Part shown: positions 34,736-43,070 of the stretch, piece by piece
Layout of the letters: every line of letters starts with the position of its first letter
How positions within the stretch are numbered: the first letter of the stretch is position 1
Source of the DNA: an uncultured Flavobacteriaceae bacterium
GTDB lineage: Bacteria > Bacteroidota > Bacteroidia > Flavobacteriales > Flavobacteriaceae
DNA: 49,440 nucleotides
Direction of reading: 5' to 3'
Assembly (NCBI GenBank): GCA_964388165.1
Contig: CAYLZB010000001.1
Coordinates: forward strand, 1 to 49,440
The notes under the pieces: model-generated
The model's database searches: none
Told to the model about the DNA's origin: nothing
The model's input: the letters and a program-made list of their open reading frames with translations, nothing else
Translations under genes and position numbers: made by a program

Positions 34736-35515
34736 TTAGGAGGCTTTGCTTTTTTTCTTCTTTTTATCGAGGCTGGCTTTGAGCTGCGCCATAAGATCTG
34801 TCGCAGGAGTAGCTTTCGTCTCAAACTTCTCAACTTTTGTTTTCTTCCCGGAAGTTTTCGCTTTGATGATCTCCAGGAGTTGATCGTTGTAGATATCCTT
34901 GTACTTCTCGAAATCAAATTCTTCGGTATACTGCTCAATAAGTGACTTTGCCATGTCCACTTCCTTTTTTGATACCTTAACATCTGGCAATTTCAATTCT
35001 GAAGGGTCCCGTATCTCATCAGCAAAGCGAATTACGTGAAGAACGAGGGCATCTTTATAGACTCCAATTAAACTCAGGTTTTCCTTGGCCCGCATCACAA
35101 AAGTGGCCACTCCAAGTTTTCCGGTATCTTTTAAGGCATTTTTCAGCAGATTATAAGACTTCTCTCCATCTTTTTGAGGTTCCAGAAAATATGGCTTTTT
35201 AAATAGCACATCGGCGACATCCTTTTCTTCAATAAACTCTTCAATGTCTATCGTGCGGGATTTCTTCATGTTTGCCTTGTCAAAATCTTCCTTTTCCAAA
35301 ACGATATAGGCATCATCCTGCTTATAGCCCTTTACGATATCTTTCCATTCCACTTCCTCTCCCGTAACTTCATTGACTCGCTTGTACCTAATCCTTGCAT
35401 GATCGTTCTTGTCGAGCATATCAAGATCAAGTTTTCGCTCCTCGCTTCCGGAGTACATTTTAATGGGAATTGTGACCAGTCCGAAACTAATGGACCCGTT
35501 CCAGATAGACCTCAT
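34736..35515 (-). CDS. ku: NHEJ Ku protein
   Basis: 'MRSIWNGSISFGLVTIPIKMY', 'IVKGY', basic C-terminal tail. Confidence 0.96.
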   Translation of the reverse strand: MRSIWNGSISFGLVTIPIKMYSGSEERKLDLDMLDKNDHARIRYKRVNEVTGEEVEWKDIVKGYKQDDAYIVLEKEDFDKANMKKSRTIDIEEFIEEKDVADVLFKKPYFLEPQKDGEKSYNLLKNALKDTGKLGVATFVMRAKENLSLIGVYKDALVLHVIRFADEIRDPSELKLPDVKVSKKEVDMAKSLIEQYTEEFDFEKYKDIYNDQLLEIIKAKTSGKKTKVEKFETKATPATDLMAQLKASLDKKKKKSKAS

Positions 35516-35781
35516 AATCTGAAGATTTTAAGTTGATTCTCTACAAGATACCTGATTTTTACCTCATTCCCGAAGGATTAGCATTGTCTTAACGGTGGCT
35601 GCGGCTTGTTAGCACCCGTTCCGTTAAGGTTTTAGGAAAAAGTCACTAAAGCTTTCTTAATCATTTTGTGGCGACACAAAAAAGAATATACCTTAGGATT
35701 AACTGACATTGCAGAAATCGTCGTCACAAAAAAAATTATAGTCAAAACATCAAATAACAACTGCAACAAAACACCATATCA

Positions 35782-36441
35782 ATGGCATTAAAAGCACTCT
35801 TCCTAAACTGTACACTTAAAAGATCACCCGAAACATCTAACACATCAGCTTTCATTAAGCAGGCACAAAAAATGTTTGCAGAGCTCGATGTGGAATCTGA
35901 AGAAATTCGGGTAGTTGATCAAAATGTAAAATTCGGAAATTCATCAGATGAAGGTGAAGGAGACGGCTGGCCCGGGATCCTTAAGAAAGTCAAGGACAGC
36001 GATATAGTGATCATCGCCACACCCATCTGGAGAGGAGACCGAAGTGCCGTTGCAAAAGTAGTTGGTGAACGCTTTGACGGCATCTGGGAAGAAGCAGATG
36101 AAGAGACCGGCCAGTATCCTACCTTCAATAAAGTAGGCGGAGTCATGGTAGACGGAAATGAAGATGGTGCCAAAAAAGCTATTTCCAGCATATGTTTCGA
36201 TCTTTCAGAACATGGATTTACGGTACCTGTAAATGCATTTAGTTATTATGTAGGTAAAGCCGGCCCGGGACCTGCCTATATCGAAGCAAAAGGTGACCGG
36301 CACTTTTTTACCAACCGCACCCTTTACCTTATGGTTCACAATCTTACCCATGTGGCAAAAGTCCTTAAGGAAAGACCATACCCCACAAACGTGAACGAGT
36401 TGAAGAAAAAAGCTGAAAAGATCAGCGACACCGAAGAATAA
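35782..36441 (+). CDS. Flavodoxin-like NADPH-dependent FMN reductase family protein
   Basis: 'LNCTLKRSPETSNT', 'DIVIIATPIWRG', 'GNEDGA'. Confidence 0.85.
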   Translation: MALKALFLNCTLKRSPETSNTSAFIKQAQKMFAELDVESEEIRVVDQNVKFGNSSDEGEGDGWPGILKKVKDSDIVIIATPIWRGDRSAVAKVVGERFDGIWEEADEETGQYPTFNKVGGVMVDGNEDGAKKAISSICFDLSEHGFTVPVNAFSYYVGKAGPGPAYIEAKGDRHFFTNRTLYLMVHNLTHVAKVLKERPYPTNVNELKKKAEKISDTEE

Positions 36442-36458
36442 TTTCTAAACCCACCATT

Positions 36459-36815
36459 ATGCTAACCTGGTTAATACATATAATCATTGATGCAATAGTA
36501 CTCCTAATTGCAGCGAGAATGCTACCGAAAGTCGAATTAAAAGGTTGGAAAACAGCCCTTGTTGTAGCACTTCTCATTGGGATACTAAGCTTCTTTTTAA
36601 GTTGGATCCTTACCGCTATCCTAAATGTTGCTACCCTTGGGATCTTTTATTTTCTTGGCCTTGGTTTTATTACCCGCATCATCGCCTATGCGATCATCAT
36701 TGAATTGGCAGATAAATTAAGTTCGGGCTTTAAGACGCATGGTTTCATGCCTTCGCTATGGCTGGCGATCATCATTGCCATTGTTGGATCAATAGTAGAT
36801 TGGATCATCATGTAA
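36459..36815 (+). CDS. 4-TM membrane protein ('phage holin family 4_2'/YvlD-like)
   Basis: Four hydrophobic helices; 'KGWKTALVVA', 'TLGIF', 'GFKTHGFMPSLWLAII'. Confidence 0.8.
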   Translation: MLTWLIHIIIDAIVLLIAARMLPKVELKGWKTALVVALLIGILSFFLSWILTAILNVATLGIFYFLGLGFITRIIAYAIIIELADKLSSGFKTHGFMPSLWLAIIIAIVGSIVDWIIM

Positions 36816-36842
36816 GACTCCGGAATATATTAATGAATATCC

Positions 36843-36902
36843 CAGCCTTACAGGCCGGTAAAACTGACACAACACATAAACCCGGGGCGATACCCCGGAT
36901 TT
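36843..36902 (+). repeat. Two-hairpin element, copy A
   Basis: CAGCCTTACAGGC-N23-AACCCGGGGCGATACCCCGGATTT. Confidence 0.65.
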
Positions 36903-36981
36903 ATATTTACTGCCTAACAGGCTTGAGAAATGTCTGTTCTAAAATGCCCTTTTTGATAAATTACTAAGGCTGAAAGCCTTG

Positions 36982-37046
36982 AAAAAAAAAGCCCGGAGCA
37001 ACGCTCCGGGTTATTTAATATAGAAACAAATCAGCCTGTAAGGCTG
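36982..37046 (-). repeat. Two-hairpin element, copy B; its second hairpin is the terminator of the OYE gene
   Basis: Minus strand CAGCCTTACAGGC-N21-AACCCGGAGCGTTGCTCCGGGC followed by T9. Confidence 0.7.
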
Positions 37047-37056
37047 AAACCAAATA

Positions 37057-38127
37057 CTACCTCTGCTGTGCCCGCAAATATTGATCAGGCCATGCAATTT
37101 CTGCATTGAGTGCAGCCGCGGCCTCTAGGGGAAAATAAGGATTCCTCAACAATTCCCTGCCAAGCAGGACAAGATCGGCTTGTTCCTTTTGCAGCACTTC
37201 CTCCGCTTCCTGCGGAGTGGTGATCATACCTACAGCAGCCGACATGATTGCGGCTTCCTTTTTGATCTTTTCTGAAAATGGTACCTGATATTTCTTCGCT
37301 ACCGGAATTGTTACATTGGGAACAAGTCCGCCGGAAGAACAATCGATAAGATCCACCCCCTCCTCTTTAAGTAACTTGGATAGTTGAACCGATTCCTTTT
37401 CATTCCAGCCTCCTTCAGCCCAGTCGGTTGCAGATATTCTTACGAACAATGGCAGTTCTCCTGGCCAGCTTGTTCTCACCGCCCGGGTTACCTCCAGTAG
37501 TAGCCTGCTGCGATTTTCAAATGATCCGCCGTATTCATCCTTTCTTTGGTTACTCAGCGGGGAAAGGAATTCATGAAGTAAGTATCCATGAGCTGCATGT
37601 ATCTCCAGCACTTTAAAGCCTGCCAAAAATGCCCTTTTTGAGGCTTCTTTAAAATTGGATATCACCTTCTCAATTCCGGCCGAATCCAGTGCCGCAGGAG
37701 CAGGATTTTCTTCAAAGAAAGGTATTGCCGAAGGTGCTACCGGTTGCCAGCCTCCCTCCTCTTCAGAAATTAACTTTCCGCCTTTCCAGGGACTGGTTGT
37801 AGAGGCTTTCCTGCCGGCGTGGGCCAGCTGGATGCCCGGTACACTGCCCTGCCCTTCCAAAAATGTGGTTATTTCCTTCAATTTTTCAATGTGACCATCC
37901 TGCCATATTCCCAGATCATCGGGTGTTATACGAGCTTCGGGGGAAACTGCCGCAGCTTCAGAAATTACGAGTCCGGCTCCACCAGTTGCTCTTGTTCCAA
38001 GGTGCACAAGGTGCCAGTTGTTGGCAAAGCCATCTTTGCTGCTGTACATACACATAGGTGATACGCCTATGCGGTTTTTAAATTCAACAGATCTTATTTT
38101 TAAAGGAGAAAATAGTTTAGGGCTCAT
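37057..38127 (-). CDS. namA: NADH:flavin oxidoreductase, Old Yellow Enzyme family (YqjM/NamA-like)
   Basis: 'NRIGVSPMCMYS', 'GIQLAHAGRKAS', 'EIHAAHGYLLHEFLSPLSNQRKDEYGGS', 'GRELLRNPY'. Confidence 0.9.
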   Translation of the reverse strand: MSPKLFSPLKIRSVEFKNRIGVSPMCMYSSKDGFANNWHLVHLGTRATGGAGLVISEAAAVSPEARITPDDLGIWQDGHIEKLKEITTFLEGQGSVPGIQLAHAGRKASTTSPWKGGKLISEEEGGWQPVAPSAIPFFEENPAPAALDSAGIEKVISNFKEASKRAFLAGFKVLEIHAAHGYLLHEFLSPLSNQRKDEYGGSFENRSRLLLEVTRAVRTSWPGELPLFVRISATDWAEGGWNEKESVQLSKLLKEEGVDLIDCSSGGLVPNVTIPVAKKYQVPFSEKIKKEAAIMSAAVGMITTPQEAEEVLQKEQADLVLLGRELLRNPYFPLEAAAALNAEIAWPDQYLRAQQR

Positions 38128-38146
38128 GAAATTTTTTTCGTTTCAA

Positions 38147-38154
38147 CAAAATTA
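38147..38154 (-). promoter_or_regulatory. -7 element (TAATTTTG) for the OYE gene
   Basis: Exact TAnnTTTG on the minus strand 19 bp upstream of the start. Confidence 0.55.
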
Positions 38155-38235
38155 AGGAAAATGCAAGGCCTATTTCTTGACCTGCTATAGTCAAAAAGCA
38201 TTAGAAGATCGATTTGAATGATCTATGAAGTTCGG

Positions 38236-39465
38236 CTACAATGAAAAACGTGAGTAGGTAGCACAACCTGAGTCCTTAACAGCCACAAGAGTTTCCGTTA
38301 GGTCATCCTCCAGAAGATTTCCGGATTTCTTTTGGCAGAAAGGACAGGGATTTACGTCACCATCTGTATCTACATAAAAGCCCTTATAACCCCCACTAAA
38401 ACAGCCGTTTCTTCTTTGGTAGTAACCGTGATAAGTAATGATCGGATAACTCAGATAGCCCGAAGAAAAATTGAGTTCCCTATAAACATCTTCAATTATC
38501 TCAATATGTTCGGGAAGCAAGAGCACATCTTTTCCCGAATAGTGCCCCACAGCTTTCGGTTCGAGGAACTGCACAAAAGCTACGCCCATGTCACGTGCCA
38601 TTTTCATGTATCTCATAAGGTTTTCCCGGGTTGCGAAATCTCTTGTAATACAGAGAGACAGCGAAACCGCAAGATCCTGTTCCAGCGCATTTTTCACTGC
38701 TGTCTGTGCCCAGTAAAAAGCATCTTTAAACCCTCTGAACTTATTATGGACTTCGGGGTCATAATGATCCAGGCTCACAAAAACCCCGGTGAGTCCGGCT
38801 TCTTTTAGAAGTTTGGCATTTTTTTCGGTAAACTTGAATCCTGAAGTATCTATCCAGAAATTAGTGAGTTCCGTGTCTGCACTATCAAGGATCTCTAACA
38901 TCCTTTCAACCTTTAACATTGGCTCCCCTCCGGAAAACTGGATCTCACTTACCCCCTGCTTCTGAAGTTTTGCCACCATCTCCACAAGCTGCGAAGTAGA
39001 AAGACTCTCCTTTTTATTTAAACTTTCCCATTCAAAACAGTGCTCACACTGCAGGGAGCATTTTTTAGTAATAGCCACTATCACGTTATTGAAACGGTAG
39101 ATCTTTTCACTTACTGGTTTGTAGTCATTGAGCTGAGAGATCATGAATCTGTTGAAATTCCCACCCTTCCATCCCGGGCTGTAAAGGCTGGTATAATACT
39201 TACCATCAATCTGCGCTATTTTTTTGACCTCATAATCTCCAAGGAACTTTTTTCTCAACCGAACCATATATTTTAATCCCCTAAGTACATCCAGCGGATT
39301 TTTATAACATTTCCAGGCAAGTTTTAAAATGCTGAATTTTATCCTGCTATGTATGAGGTTTTTCCTCCAGCCACTAAGAATAACTGAACGAGAGGGTTCT
39401 TTCCCATTTACTTTAACAGCCTCTTCCCGGGGTATTTCGACGGATATCACATTTTCAGTTGCCAT
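38236..39465 (-). CDS. Radical SAM protein with a C-terminal SPASM/Twitch-like cysteine domain
   Basis: CxxxCxxC 'KKCSLQCEHCF', 'FSGGEP', 'VSLD'; C-terminal 'GCFSGG..FYVDTDGDVNPCPFC...SGC'. Confidence 0.92.
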   Translation of the reverse strand: MATENVISVEIPREEAVKVNGKEPSRSVILSGWRKNLIHSRIKFSILKLAWKCYKNPLDVLRGLKYMVRLRKKFLGDYEVKKIAQIDGKYYTSLYSPGWKGGNFNRFMISQLNDYKPVSEKIYRFNNVIVAITKKCSLQCEHCFEWESLNKKESLSTSQLVEMVAKLQKQGVSEIQFSGGEPMLKVERMLEILDSADTELTNFWIDTSGFKFTEKNAKLLKEAGLTGVFVSLDHYDPEVHNKFRGFKDAFYWAQTAVKNALEQDLAVSLSLCITRDFATRENLMRYMKMARDMGVAFVQFLEPKAVGHYSGKDVLLLPEHIEIIEDVYRELNFSSGYLSYPIITYHGYYQRRNGCFSGGYKGFYVDTDGDVNPCPFCQKKSGNLLEDDLTETLVAVKDSGCATYSRFSL

Positions 39466-41134
39466 AAGTGAGTGCCAGGTTTAACATATCTTCAGCTACA
39501 AACTTTTTGTACTGTTCTTCCGAAAATCTGCTGAATCTACCCCTCTTTTTGAACGACTGCAATTCGGCAAAATCTGGTATTCCTTTATAATCCCTGATAT
39601 AGGTGTAATAGCCTCTGTTTTTCAGAAAGGCAGTTGTATTATTCGAAGTCAAACCCGGTTTGTGCCTGAAGCTTACAACAACCTCATTTCCTACCTCGGG
39701 TTGGATCAGGTATTCTTGATCGGCTTTTCGAAGCAAATCAGTTACATTCTTTCCTTGCTCATCTACCGCAAACGACGGTTCCAGTACAATTTTTTTCAAA
39801 TCAATATTCTCCGAAAAATCTATTCCGGCGCGATCGATCTCCCAAAACATGAAACCTGTTTCCAGCTTAAGAACCACATTTTCCTCAACAGGATCTGCCA
39901 GATCTATTGGCACCACAAGATCTCTGTAAGCAAGCGGTCCTACAGTATTTATCCGCTCCACCAACTTCCAACCTTCGGCTGTCTTTTGATAAATGGAAAG
40001 AGGAATATTTTGCTCTTTAGACCATTTCATGGATTCCTCTCCCGGCATTTTAAGCTGTTGCTTCTGAAATGTGTTGTAATAAAAGCCGAACTTTTCATTA
40101 AATTTTCCGAAGGTATAATCCAACCAGAGAGAATTCTTTGCCGTTAAAAAGAGTTTTGCATGTTTCGCTCCTGTAGGTTTGGTAAATTCCAGGATCAAGG
40201 CCCTTGAGCCATCATTGGATTCAGATTTCGAATCGAATAGATAAGAATTCATATCCTCCTCAAGGATTTCCGGAAGTGCTCCTGAAAGATCATCTGAAAA
40301 TGCCTTTTTTGGAACCTCTATTTTGGAAAAGCTTTGCGGATTTCCATCCTTATCAAGAAGAACTTGTACATCTTCAGGATGTTCAAACACAATTAGTTGC
40401 AGCAGGTCTGTGTACTGAATTTCGTGCAGTTCATTAGTGATCTTTAGGACATATTCATCTCCAGGTTCCTTAACATGACCTAAAGGAATATAATCATCCC
40501 GTTGGATATTAGGCGTTATTGCCCCGGGATAAAGTTCGCCCCGAAAAACAAACTCCTCACCATCTTTTACATAAATAAAAGGGCAGGAGCTTTTTGTGAG
40601 TGCTACCACAATCACCGTGACACCCAGCACCGCTATTGTTGTCGCTGCTACATTGAGTACAGATCTACCGGTATTACGGTTGTTAACAGAAACTGAATCC
40701 AGAATGGAGAAAGGTAGAACCACCTCCTCGCCTATTCTAAGATTCAGATCTTCGGAAGTGAAAAAATGAACCTCATTCAATGGTTCCCTTTCCCTTCGAT
40801 TATACCTGTAAGTCTTATTGTTCTTAGGTCGAACATTATTGTGTTTTGAATTGATCTGCGTTAGTACGCCCGAAAGTTCTTTGTTATCTGCATCTAAATT
40901 CACATTGTTGAGATGCACCATTTGATCTCCGGAATGGATAATAACATACTTTTCTTCGGGAGATAGTTTCTGAATTTCCTGAGTAGATGGAGGATCATTA
41001 AGATCAGACTTTTTGGCCTTGTAGTAACTACAATTCGAGAAACTCAGGGCTAATAACAGGATCATTATAAATTTACCCGGACTTCGGATGACTGATGTGA
41101 GGGGAGGACACCAGGTGGAAAGATCATTTTTCAT
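39455..41134 (-). CDS. Large hypothetical lipoprotein (about 559 aa) with an internal hydrophobic helix and SSCPFIY motif
   Basis: Lipobox-like 'LLLALSFSNC'; 'VLNVAATTIAVLGVTVIVVALTKSSCPFIY'. Start set at MKNDLST (41134) because the track's extension is AT-rich and looks intergenic. Confidence 0.78.
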   Translation of the reverse strand: MKNDLSTWCPPLTSVIRSPGKFIMILLLALSFSNCSYYKAKKSDLNDPPSTQEIQKLSPEEKYVIIHSGDQMVHLNNVNLDADNKELSGVLTQINSKHNNVRPKNNKTYRYNRREREPLNEVHFFTSEDLNLRIGEEVVLPFSILDSVSVNNRNTGRSVLNVAATTIAVLGVTVIVVALTKSSCPFIYVKDGEEFVFRGELYPGAITPNIQRDDYIPLGHVKEPGDEYVLKITNELHEIQYTDLLQLIVFEHPEDVQVLLDKDGNPQSFSKIEVPKKAFSDDLSGALPEILEEDMNSYLFDSKSESNDGSRALILEFTKPTGAKHAKLFLTAKNSLWLDYTFGKFNEKFGFYYNTFQKQQLKMPGEESMKWSKEQNIPLSIYQKTAEGWKLVERINTVGPLAYRDLVVPIDLADPVEENVVLKLETGFMFWEIDRAGIDFSENIDLKKIVLEPSFAVDEQGKNVTDLLRKADQEYLIQPEVGNEVVVSFRHKPGLTSNNTTAFLKNRGYYTYIRDYKGIPDFAELQSFKKRGRFSRFSEEQYKKFVAEDMLNLALTYGN

Positions 41135-41484
41135 AATAAAAGATTTAAAATTAGAGATAAACACCCTACCCTCCTGAAAATCAAATACTAATGCATTTGA
41201 TATTTTAAATTTATAAAAAAATTCTTTTGATTTTTTAACCCTGCTGTTTTTTTCCAGATCGAAAAAGTTAGAGAAGAAAAGTTCAGTCAGTTGATGAACG
41301 CGTTGAATAGGTATTATGACAATCACGCAGATTACACGCCGGGCTTCCGGAGAAACTCAGCCTATCGTGAAGGATTAAAGATTAGTTTACTACTTTTCAA
41401 CAATAAATGCTCTGATCTTCCTTTTTCAGGGCATTTATTTTTCGGTGAGATTTTTTCGAATATCTTAGCTATTAAGATCTCACT

Positions 41485-42729
41485 ATGCCCACCAGACAAG
41501 TTTTTCCGCTATCCAAGCTTACCGAAGCTATTGAAAATGTGATCAACAGGCATTGCAGTAAAGTAGTGTGGGTAAAAGCCGAAATTGTTAAGCTCAACCA
41601 TTATCCTCATACCGGCCACTGCTATCCCGACCTGGTAGAGAAAAAAGATGGAAAGATCGTGGCCGAACTTCGCGGGAACATCTGGAAATCGAATTTTGAC
41701 CTCATCAATGAAAAATTCCGGCAGGTACTTAATGAGGACCTTCGGGATGATATGACCGTTGTTGTACAGGCAACAGTCACTTTCCATTCGGTTTACGGAC
41801 TGGCGCTGAATATTTTGGACATAGATCCCGAATACACTCTCGGAGAACTGGCAAAGCAAAGAGCCGAAGCTATTAAAAAACTCGTATCCCAGGGGATCTT
41901 TGACGCCAATAAACAGCGAACTCTTCCCCGCCTGCCTAAGACGATTGCCGTCATATCGGTGAACAGCAGCAAAGGATATCAGGACTTTATAAATGTTATT
42001 GAAGGTAATCCCTGGGGCTATAAATTCCATTGTAAACTTTTTCCCGCCATCCTGCAGGGAGAACGTGCAGTTCCAACTATTACTGCACAACTTAAAAAAA
42101 TAGAAGAGCATAAGAAGCTTTTTGATGCTGTCGCGATCATTCGGGGCGGGGGTGGCGAAATTGGGTTAAGCTGCTATGACAATTACGAATTGGCCAGGAA
42201 AATCGCACAGTTCCCATTACCGGTATTGACGGGAATTGGCCATTCCACCAACGAGACCGTTAGTGAGCTGGTGAGCTATAAGAACTTCATTACTCCAACG
42301 AAAATAGCGGAATTCCTGCTTCAGGAATTTCACAATTTTTCACAACCGCTCAGAGAGAACCTGCAGAAAATAATGTCCGGTGCAAATCTCCTTTTTGAGC
42401 GGCAGGAGACTCAGCTGCAAAGGGTTTCAAGCTCCTTCGGCTTTTTGACCAACAGGATCCTGGACCGGGAAAGGAATAGGCTCACCTCCTGCAGACAAAT
42501 GATCGTTTCGGAAGCAAAAGGTCTATTGAAGCAGGAAACTTCAGAGTTAAAGAATACAGCAACTTCAATAGAACTGCTTTCTCCAAAGAACATCCTCAAG
42601 AGAGGCTTCAGTATCACCAGAAAAGATGGCAGGATCATTACAGACGCTACTCTACTTGAGCCGGGAGACCTTATAGAAACCGAATTCTTCGCGGGTAAAG
42701 CTTCAGCAGAAATTAAAAAATCAACTTAA
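41485..42729 (+). CDS. xseA: Exodeoxyribonuclease VII large subunit
   Basis: OB-fold 'VWVKAEI..GHCY', 'IAVIS', 'IIRGGGG', 'TGIGH', 'TPT', 'LSPKNILKRGFSI'. Confidence 0.95.
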   Translation: MPTRQVFPLSKLTEAIENVINRHCSKVVWVKAEIVKLNHYPHTGHCYPDLVEKKDGKIVAELRGNIWKSNFDLINEKFRQVLNEDLRDDMTVVVQATVTFHSVYGLALNILDIDPEYTLGELAKQRAEAIKKLVSQGIFDANKQRTLPRLPKTIAVISVNSSKGYQDFINVIEGNPWGYKFHCKLFPAILQGERAVPTITAQLKKIEEHKKLFDAVAIIRGGGGEIGLSCYDNYELARKIAQFPLPVLTGIGHSTNETVSELVSYKNFITPTKIAEFLLQEFHNFSQPLRENLQKIMSGANLLFERQETQLQRVSSSFGFLTNRILDRERNRLTSCRQMIVSEAKGLLKQETSELKNTATSIELLSPKNILKRGFSITRKDGRIITDATLLEPGDLIETEFFAGKASAEIKKST

Positions 42730-42733
42730 AATT

Positions 42734-42934
42734 ATGGGAACAAAACTAACCTATACCGAAGCATTTGATGAGTTACAGCAAATTGTCACTGACCTGGAAA
42801 GCGCCGAAATTAGTATAGACGAACTTGATGCACGGGTGAAAAGAGCTTCTGTCTTACTAAAAATTTGCAGGGAAAAACTTTATAAAACTGAACAAAATGT
42901 CCTGGAGACCCTAAAGACTCTGGAAACGGAATAA
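42734..42934 (+). CDS. xseB: Exodeoxyribonuclease VII small subunit
   Basis: 'YTEAFDELQQIV..LE..EISIDEL...CREKL'; directly follows xseA. Confidence 0.93.
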   Translation: MGTKLTYTEAFDELQQIVTDLESAEISIDELDARVKRASVLLKICREKLYKTEQNVLETLKTLETE

Positions 42935-43070
42935 AATATTAAGTAGAAAAAAAGCTATTTTAGGAACTGGAATAAATTCGTATTTTGCCAATTGGTTTTA
43001 CCTGTTGTCTTGAACATTTTAATATTCTGCATTTATCGAAGAGAATCGTAAACAAGATTTATCTGGCGAT

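Noticed and set aside
34733-34738. In-frame ku stop directly before the ligD ATG, suggesting a readthrough Ku-LigD fusion
   Set aside because: TAA is an efficient stop and no recoding signal is visible; translational coupling explains it.
34639-34983. 114-aa alternative-frame ORF across the ku/ligD junction
   Set aside because: It is an out-of-frame by-product of the A-rich Ku tail; both genes are complete without it.
36459-36815. 'Phage holin' family gene as evidence of a prophage
   Set aside because: No integrase, endolysin or structural genes nearby; this 4-TM family is common on chromosomes.
36816-37056. Hairpin cluster as a mini CRISPR array or tRNA
   Set aside because: The copies are inverted rather than direct, there are no regular spacers or cas genes, and no cloverleaf or T-loop motif is present.
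41135-41542. Upstream extension of the lipoprotein ORF and the 83-aa ORF at 41291-41542
   Set aside because: The sequence looks like a divergent promoter region; the extension buries the signal peptide and the 83-aa ORF overlaps xseA out of frame.
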